Shown piece by piece: positions 57,293 through 64,000 of a stretch of 64,000 nucleotides of DNA (the first letter of the stretch is position 1; every line of letters starts with the position of its first letter). Under the pieces are notes generated by a model. That model ran no database searches. It saw only the letters and a list, made by a program, of their open reading frames with translations, and was not told the origin of the DNA. The DNA is from an uncultured virus (IMG/VR IMGVR_UViG_3300029911_000018) (taxonomy: Duplodnaviria; Heunggongvirae; Uroviricota; Caudoviricetes): the IMG/VR virus record IMGVR_UViG_3300029911_000018. One strand, written 5' to 3'. Both the position numbers and the translations under genes were made by a program.

Positions 57293-60200
57293 ATGCCCGA
57301 AGACCTACCTGCTGACGATACAACAAGCACAGGAAGTGCTGCCCCCGGCGAAGCTGCGAATATTGGACAAGCCACAGCTTCTGTGGATGTTTCTGTTGCT
57401 GCCCTTCGGATGGCACAATCAGTGGATAAACTGGTTAATAGACTGGAGGAATTCTTTGAGTTTCAAAAAAAGGCATTTGAAGCAACAGCAACTAGTGCCG
57501 AAGATTTGGTGAACCATACAGGGAGTGTGAGGGATAACCTCAAGTCTATCATTGCAGCTTCGAAGAAGCTAAGTCAGAATATAAGCTTTGGACAGGCTAC
57601 AAAAGAGGTTCAAAAGATGCGAAGCGAAGTTGAGCATCTTTTGAAGACCACTAAAGAAAATACGACAGAACACCGTAATCTTAGGCGTGTTCAAACTGAT
57701 TTGATAGAAGGGGAAAGGCTACTTGAGAAGCATAAAGGGGAGTCAAATAAGTCATTAAAATCCGATGTGGAACTCGCTAAGCAACTTAAAACCATTATGC
57801 ACTCGGTAGAAGATAGCACCGTTAAAATAACCAGCGCCTATAACACTGTAAAAACAGGAAAACTCAACCAAGCATTCATGAATATACATGATGTCATGGG
57901 TCGCGGTGGCGCTCGTGTTCATAATTTAAGGCGGACGGCACAACGAGCGCATGATGTGAAATTAGATCGAGAGGATAAGACTGCGGAGAAGAAAGCGCAG
58001 TGGGAGGATAACAAGAAAAACCTCATTAAAAAAATAAAGGAGAGACCTGACGCAGATGTCTTCTTCGATTGGGAGGGTAATTTTGATATGAAGAGGGCAT
58101 TTAACCATCCAGAGACTAAAAAACTGATGATGGACACTATGCTTAGCGGCGGCAGTGAGGGGAAAGGACCAAGTAATTGGATTGATCGTAAAATTGCAGC
58201 ACATGCAATGGGAGGTTTTGGGTTTACAAACCAAATGGCCGGTAAGTTAATGGAAGAGACCGGAGGTTCGGGTGCAGTGGGGGGTGTACTTGGGGGTGTA
58301 CTTGGGGGTGCTGAAAGTTTGGGCGCTGGAGCTTTGACCAAACTAGCTGGTCCTATTGGTCTTGGCATTGCTGGTACGCTTGCTGTTAAGGACACCTTTG
58401 ATGCGGTAGCTAAGCAGAGCCAAGAGATGGAGAAAAGTCTCGGTAAAGGGGGTATATTCACAGGTGAGCATGGTGGTCTTGAGGGGATGATGAATGCCAA
58501 AGACAACCTCAGGGCTTTTGGGTTAAACAGGTTTGGTGTCACTACAGAACGCAATATAGCCGTTGCTCAAGCTATGCAAGAGTCAGGAGTTAACATTTCC
58601 GGGCTTGCTAACAAAGGCACAGGTATGAGAGATAGCGGGGTGGGGGACATCGCAGAAATTGCTATGAAACAGGCTCGTGAACTGGGTTTGAGTGATGTTG
58701 AAGGAACGAAGCAGACTCTTAAAATGATGCAGAACTATAAGCTTACTTTGGATGGTACACAAACTTTTTTCAGGACTGTTGGAAAGGACATCACTGCTGC
58801 GGGGCTTTCAACAGGGAAATATCTGGAGTTACTTGATGATGTTACCGGGCAGTTCGATAGTATGGGTAAGTCTATTGAAACTGTAACAACTCTTTTACGT
58901 GCTATGGGCAACAGCGGGACTGAGGACGCCGATCAGTTGAAAGAGAACCTCACTTCGCTTATGGGTAAACCTCAGACTGATGAGCAGAGTCTATTTGGAA
59001 TGTTCTCAATGTCGAACCCGGCTTTTCAGAGGTATGCTAAGAGTCAGCAAGACAACGCTGCCACACAAATTAAAAAGTATAAAGACACCATCGACCAAGC
59101 GTTGACTCACATGAATGCCCCACAAGGTGCTTCTGAAGAGATTTGGAAGGGGTTGGATTTAACAAAGACCAAAGATTTAGACACCGCTAAGTCTAGGTTT
59201 GATGAAATTAAAGAGAAAGTAGGGGGGGTATCTAATCCATTCACAACTGCTGTAGGCCCCAATCTTCTAAATGCAAAAAATGCAATGGCGACTGCTGAGG
59301 CGTCGAAGATGGGAAGGTTAAACGCCGCCACTATAGGGGGGGTCACAGATGATAATGCTCTTTCAAGAATGAACTCAACAATGAATGATTTGAACAATGT
59401 ACTTGACACCGCAGGGACATCCACTGAAGAGCTTGTTACAAATTCTACAAAAGCATTAAACACAAATCCACTTCTACAAAAACAAGTGTCAGAGCCTTTA
59501 GGTTTAGACCCGCATAAGATGTTGCGGATAAGTGCGGCTGTGGGAGACATATCTGACTCTATCGTTAATGAGTTTTATAATGGGCTTTCGGCTTCCTCCA
59601 CAGCGGGAATGGGTAAGGAGGCTATTGATGCCGAGTATGGAAAACAACTTACAGCCCTTGGTATACAATACAAGCCCGGTGAAGCCCAAAAGACGTATCA
59701 ATCTATGGACAAAAATGTTTTGAAAGAGAAAAACCATGTGGCCTTGATGCAACGAGGGGCACTTACTGGAGCCGTCAGTGATTCAGTAATCACTAAAAGT
59801 CTTGACGATCATCATAAAGATTCAATAGAGACTGTGTTGAAGAACAACGCAGATTTGGCTATGGGGACAAGGACAACCAACGGGTACCTAGAGGGTATAG
59901 AAGATGCTTTAATCAATAAAGCAGGATGGCTACAAAAAATGTTCGACATCATGGATAGTCACTGGGGGTTAAAAGCGGATGTTAAAGGGACCGCTGCTGC
60001 AAAAGAGGCTGCGACCAGCAACCAAGCGATGTCGGATTCTGAGTTGTTAAATCAAATTGTCAATTCAATTAAGCCGGATGGATCAGGCACTAATTGGGAT
60101 TGGGTTGATCCCGCAGCTAAGGGGGCGGCTAAAGGTAAATCGGCTTCATTTATTCAGCAACGTCTACAAGAACTTGAGCCTCTTGCAGCAGCCGGAAATT

Positions 60201-60649
60201 TAGGGGATCGAAAAAAAGAATACGACGAGTTCTTCGCCGCAAGAGCGGAAATGATGAACGACTTCAAATTACAGATGACTGGTCGGGGGGCTTTTGCCGG
60301 ACTTTCGGCGGAACAAAGGGCTCAAGGAAACGCAGGGATCGGTTATGACAAAACCACAGGTAAGGTTATCTCTTTGGTAGGCCCTCCTGATGTGAAGCAA
60401 GCAGGAGACACTCCAGCAGCGACTAAAGTGAAATCACAAACCCCAACAGTTGGTAATGTCAACAGTGGCAACTCTACTACGACGACAAACAATACGCTTG
60501 TTGGTGGACAACAAGTTCAAGCGGCAACTCCCGGTGCAGGAAAAGCCAAAGAACAGAAAACTCAAACACCAGCACCGGCAGGGGCTCCTGTTCAGACTCC
60601 GCCACCTCATCTTTCTGGTAATTCAGGGGTCTCCGTTGGAGGTTGGTAA
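57293..60649 (+). CDS. tape-measure-like protein
   Basis: 1118 aa, helical, Ala/Gly-rich, tail context. Confidence 0.7.
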   Translation: MPEDLPADDTTSTGSAAPGEAANIGQATASVDVSVAALRMAQSVDKLVNRLEEFFEFQKKAFEATATSAEDLVNHTGSVRDNLKSIIAASKKLSQNISFGQATKEVQKMRSEVEHLLKTTKENTTEHRNLRRVQTDLIEGERLLEKHKGESNKSLKSDVELAKQLKTIMHSVEDSTVKITSAYNTVKTGKLNQAFMNIHDVMGRGGARVHNLRRTAQRAHDVKLDREDKTAEKKAQWEDNKKNLIKKIKERPDADVFFDWEGNFDMKRAFNHPETKKLMMDTMLSGGSEGKGPSNWIDRKIAAHAMGGFGFTNQMAGKLMEETGGSGAVGGVLGGVLGGAESLGAGALTKLAGPIGLGIAGTLAVKDTFDAVAKQSQEMEKSLGKGGIFTGEHGGLEGMMNAKDNLRAFGLNRFGVTTERNIAVAQAMQESGVNISGLANKGTGMRDSGVGDIAEIAMKQARELGLSDVEGTKQTLKMMQNYKLTLDGTQTFFRTVGKDITAAGLSTGKYLELLDDVTGQFDSMGKSIETVTTLLRAMGNSGTEDADQLKENLTSLMGKPQTDEQSLFGMFSMSNPAFQRYAKSQQDNAATQIKKYKDTIDQALTHMNAPQGASEEIWKGLDLTKTKDLDTAKSRFDEIKEKVGGVSNPFTTAVGPNLLNAKNAMATAEASKMGRLNAATIGGVTDDNALSRMNSTMNDLNNVLDTAGTSTEELVTNSTKALNTNPLLQKQVSEPLGLDPHKMLRISAAVGDISDSIVNEFYNGLSASSTAGMGKEAIDAEYGKQLTALGIQYKPGEAQKTYQSMDKNVLKEKNHVALMQRGALTGAVSDSVITKSLDDHHKDSIETVLKNNADLAMGTRTTNGYLEGIEDALINKAGWLQKMFDIMDSHWGLKADVKGTAAAKEAATSNQAMSDSELLNQIVNSIKPDGSGTNWDWVDPAAKGAAKGKSASFIQQRLQELEPLAAAGNLGDRKKEYDEFFAARAEMMNDFKLQMTGRGAFAGLSAEQRAQGNAGIGYDKTTGKVISLVGPPDVKQAGDTPAATKVKSQTPTVGNVNSGNSTTTTNNTLVGGQQVQAATPGAGKAKEQKTQTPAPAGAPVQTPPPHLSGNSGVSVGGW

Positions 60650-60652
60650 TCT

Positions 60653-62011
60653 ATGCCTAACTCATCAACAGTAACCAACTCGCAACAAACCGTGGTCTCC
60701 GCTGCGAATAACTGGAACGCGGCGAACCCCACCCGACCTCAAATCGACCCTAACATTTTGTTGGGGATCATGATGCAAGAGTCTGGAGGGAATCCAAATG
60801 CCATCAACTACAACTCTAATGGGAGTGTTGATTATGGTTTGATGCAGTTGAATACTGGCTCATTTCCTAACGCGGCGTCTTTAAGCCCCGGTGATAATGT
60901 CACCACAGGGACAGCTTATTTTGGGCAGTTGATGAATACCTTCAATGGAAATACCTATCAAGCCATCGCTGCATATAACTCAGGGGCGGGTAGCGTCATG
61001 AAGAACGGCATCACCAACCCTAAATATGTAGATGGAGTTCTTCAAAAGGCTGGAGGGGATTACAGCGGAGGCACTATTTATGATGGAACAAACTCCGGTG
61101 GCAACCCTTCGTGGGCCACACAACCAGTTACTGGTATGGCCGCTCAACCATTGAACAACAATACGCAGAATGTTGACCTAAATGCCTTGGTGCCACAGAT
61201 CGTAATCCAAGAAGGGCTGGACAACACACCGTGGTACGACGACTATGGTCTGATAACGGGAAATCCAAGGCTTCGCGCTGAAGTACAACCCGTAAGTTTT
61301 CAAGTCATACTGCATGACAACAAAAGCTTTCTACTCTCATCCAAAGGGGAAACAGGAAACCCAATTCAGATTCAGTTGAACGCTTCCATGAAGAGTGTTA
61401 ACTGGTCAATGAAACATATTTACCATCACCAACGCACTCGTACGGCTCACCATATTACGATGTGGGGTATGCAAGCTGACCTCATTGAGGGGCAATGCAC
61501 GACTGGAGTCTTTATGAACCAGTTTGGTTTAACCGACTACTACAGCACCCGCACTATCAATGATGGTTTGAAGAAGTTGATTACCAGTGGTCAAGCGTTC
61601 GATGATGTCATGAATAATGCAGCCAAAGGAAACCCCTTCTTCACTCAGACGGATGCTTTTCGTGTAGCGGCACAGGATGCCTTCATGGAGTTTTTAGCTC
61701 TTTTCAAAATGAATGGGTCGGTTTGGTTTTGGAATAATGTGTACACAGATGACTTAGGCAACTCACGCGATTGGACAGGAATACAGGCTTGGTCGCCCAC
61801 GCTTGGTATGAGTTCCGCCCAAAAAAATGGAAGGAACAATGACGTACTCACTCGCGGCGGTGTGCTCATGTCCTATCGCAACTTTGTGTATCAAGGTTAC
61901 TTTAAGACCCTTCAGTGGACGATAGACGCACGCAATCCTTTCAAATGGGACTTCTCATTTACATTTCAGGTGGAGAAAACGGTAGGTCAGCAATTCATTC
62001 CTGACAGGTAA
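60653..62011 (+). CDS. virion lytic transglycosylase fused to tail/baseplate domain
   Basis: QESGGNPNA..GLMQL..AAYNSG. Confidence 0.85.
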   Translation: MPNSSTVTNSQQTVVSAANNWNAANPTRPQIDPNILLGIMMQESGGNPNAINYNSNGSVDYGLMQLNTGSFPNAASLSPGDNVTTGTAYFGQLMNTFNGNTYQAIAAYNSGAGSVMKNGITNPKYVDGVLQKAGGDYSGGTIYDGTNSGGNPSWATQPVTGMAAQPLNNNTQNVDLNALVPQIVIQEGLDNTPWYDDYGLITGNPRLRAEVQPVSFQVILHDNKSFLLSSKGETGNPIQIQLNASMKSVNWSMKHIYHHQRTRTAHHITMWGMQADLIEGQCTTGVFMNQFGLTDYYSTRTINDGLKKLITSGQAFDDVMNNAAKGNPFFTQTDAFRVAAQDAFMEFLALFKMNGSVWFWNNVYTDDLGNSRDWTGIQAWSPTLGMSSAQKNGRNNDVLTRGGVLMSYRNFVYQGYFKTLQWTIDARNPFKWDFSFTFQVEKTVGQQFIPDR

Positions 62012-62014
62012 ATT

Positions 62015-63301
62015 ATGACAACATCTAACACAACCACGCCTATCGGACCTTTTTCGGAGAATAGCCCCTCTCCGACGATTACCCCCACTACGCCTGCCTC
62101 TCAAACGCCGGTAAATGCTACATCCACCAATCCGAATAGTCGTGGGGTCAATGACCTTAGTGACATCCGTCCAACGCCAAATCTTTCACCGCTACCAACT
62201 CGTGCGGAAAAGCGGTTAATCCCTACAATGGTGGATGCAACACAGATTCAACAGAATTTTTTCACCTCATCGGGAGGGCAACTTGCACAAGCTCTCGGAT
62301 TGCACCCACAGAATACAGTTCATGACACCGACTTTTACACCTACGCAAAGTCGGAAGCTCGACGGTTACAAAATGGTGTGGATTACATTAAGATTCGTAT
62401 CCCTCATCGTGGTGTTCTTTCTAGTTCTCAGCTACCAGACACTAGTCAAGCAGCGGAGTTTAGGTTCTTAACTAACCCCTCCACGCTGACGGTCAATCGT
62501 CAAACTGTGGACTCTCAGTCCATGACTCGTGGCGGCTGGCAGTTTGGTGTGTGGGGTGAGGATACTTTCTTGGTTTCGATGCAAGGCACATCGGCGGGTT
62601 CATATTTCTCTCTCGGTACGACTGACGAGTTCTCTTATTATGCTGTGTCATATCGTAATCTTATGCAGCTTCAAGAGGTTTTTGAGAATAATGGGTATTG
62701 GTTTGAGGGGGAGGAATACAACGAGGGGCCTTTGGCAGCGGACTATCTCCGTCGTCGCATTCGTATGCACCAAGATGTTGAGTTGTGGTGTGGGAATTTT
62801 ATATGGTCGGGGATGTTTGATAGCTTTACCATCTCACAAGACGCTACTCAACCTTTCATGTTGACTTTTTCATTGAGTTTTTTCGTTTGGAAAGAAAGGT
62901 ACCGCACTACATCCCCTTATCAAAACAGCATTGCGAACAACATAGAGCGTGGGCATAGCTATAGTGCAATAGAGGGTCAAACCGATACAACCCAAACCAA
63001 CAATGCCTTGGCTCAATTCTCTTCTCCATCAACAGCGACTCAGGCACAGCTTTCGAGCGGCCAGTCTGCTGGTGTTGGTCTTACGCTTGGAAGCGATGGA
63101 CGCTACTATCCTCCTTCAAGCATCGTAAACGGGAACATGGTCGGGCCACCAGCCACCAATCAACCCTATGGGGGTTCTCCAGCCATCGCTGCTTCTATCT
63201 CTGAAGACTTATCCCCAAACGTCCCAACTACTGTGACAGACATCATGGGTGTCGGACCAATGAATGATTTGATGTTTCCTCAGAAGAGCCCACTGTTTTA
63301 A
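62015..63301 (+). CDS. baseplate/tail-tube-initiator-like protein
   Basis: NP.TL..TRGGW..WGE..G.F.SF..PF...FS.SF; resembles the C-terminus of the previous gene. Confidence 0.6.
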   Translation: MTTSNTTTPIGPFSENSPSPTITPTTPASQTPVNATSTNPNSRGVNDLSDIRPTPNLSPLPTRAEKRLIPTMVDATQIQQNFFTSSGGQLAQALGLHPQNTVHDTDFYTYAKSEARRLQNGVDYIKIRIPHRGVLSSSQLPDTSQAAEFRFLTNPSTLTVNRQTVDSQSMTRGGWQFGVWGEDTFLVSMQGTSAGSYFSLGTTDEFSYYAVSYRNLMQLQEVFENNGYWFEGEEYNEGPLAADYLRRRIRMHQDVELWCGNFIWSGMFDSFTISQDATQPFMLTFSLSFFVWKERYRTTSPYQNSIANNIERGHSYSAIEGQTDTTQTNNALAQFSSPSTATQAQLSSGQSAGVGLTLGSDGRYYPPSSIVNGNMVGPPATNQPYGGSPAIAASISEDLSPNVPTTVTDIMGVGPMNDLMFPQKSPLF

Positions 63302-63313
63302 TAGGAAGAATCT

Positions 63314-64000
63314 ATGGCTAATCAACAGACGACAACTTCAAACTCTCCTTCCACTCAAGGGATGATTCGCAACATCAATCAGACCGTTCAAGAGCGGGAA
63401 ATAATTAAGACCTGCCCCGACCTTATTGTGTATTTGGATGGGAAGACATATCTGCTTAATCCATATATTACGAACACCACCGCGAACCAGCCATACACGT
63501 TCGTCAGCTTCAATGATTATGTACAGAATTTTTCTTCTTCTTACGACGTGGATAATCTAGTCCCTTCAGCGAATTTTACCTTGCAGGTACCAAACTTTTC
63601 GAAATACCTTTTTCAATCACCGGGGGGTAACAACCTCATCGACACCATGATGGAGGTTCAGGTGTTTGCTAAGGGCTACTTCCTGTCAGGTGATGGTGGG
63701 AATACCATTTACTACAGGGTATTCAAGGGAGTCACTTCCCATGTGTCACACACTGACAATGGTATGTTCTTGGAAATTTCAATTCAATGCTTGGGGGTTC
63801 TGCACCTACTGGAACACATGTATGTTGACCTCAATCCTTCTTTGATGTCTAACTCGGAACGTCCAGTCACACCGATGACAAGCAACCAATCTCACATGAA
63901 CCCATATGAGATGCTTGCCGCAGAATTCCAGCAAGATATTTCATTCGAAGGGTTTGAATTGAACTCTATCCAGCAGGGTATTACGACCGGGGGGAGTGAT
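63314..64000 (+). CDS. probable baseplate hub protein (partial)
   Basis: Open to the window end; tail context. Confidence 0.5.
   Translation, partial: MANQQTTTSNSPSTQGMIRNINQTVQEREIIKTCPDLIVYLDGKTYLLNPYITNTTANQPYTFVSFNDYVQNFSSSYDVDNLVPSANFTLQVPNFSKYLFQSPGGNNLIDTMMEVQVFAKGYFLSGDGGNTIYYRVFKGVTSHVSHTDNGMFLEISIQCLGVLHLLEHMYVDLNPSLMSNSERPVTPMTSNQSHMNPYEMLAAEFQQDISFEGFELNSIQQGITTGGSD

Overview
A 64-kb segment of a large, probably jumbo, tailed bacteriophage. From 1 to ~54 kb it is mostly minus-strand early/middle genes. These include four tRNA clusters (Met; Pro; Leu/Tyr; Val/Ala/Gly/Glu/Asp/Cys), an RNase P RNA, many tRNA-like and other structured RNAs, a frameshifted RF1-like release factor, and homing endonucleases. 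They also include PhoH, a recombination block (SbcCD-like, RecA, RuvC, SSB, HU, DinG), class II ribonucleotide reductase, and a DnaB/DUF1376/DnaC replication block. From ~54 kb onward are plus-strand tail genes. The main finding is that three tRNA arrays are each preceded by a promoter and a short leader peptide whose codons match the tRNAs downstream: GNN+Cys codons before the Val/Ala/Gly/Glu/Asp/Cys array, Leu/Tyr codons before the Leu/Tyr array, and Pro codons before the Pro array. In two cases there is also a textbook overlapping antiterminator/terminator. This looks like a ribosome-stalling sensor that switches on replacement tRNAs when host tRNAs are depleted, together with orphan HicB-like and TacA-like antitoxins, RNase P RNA and a release factor. 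All calls come from reading the sequence by eye; no searches or folding programs were run.
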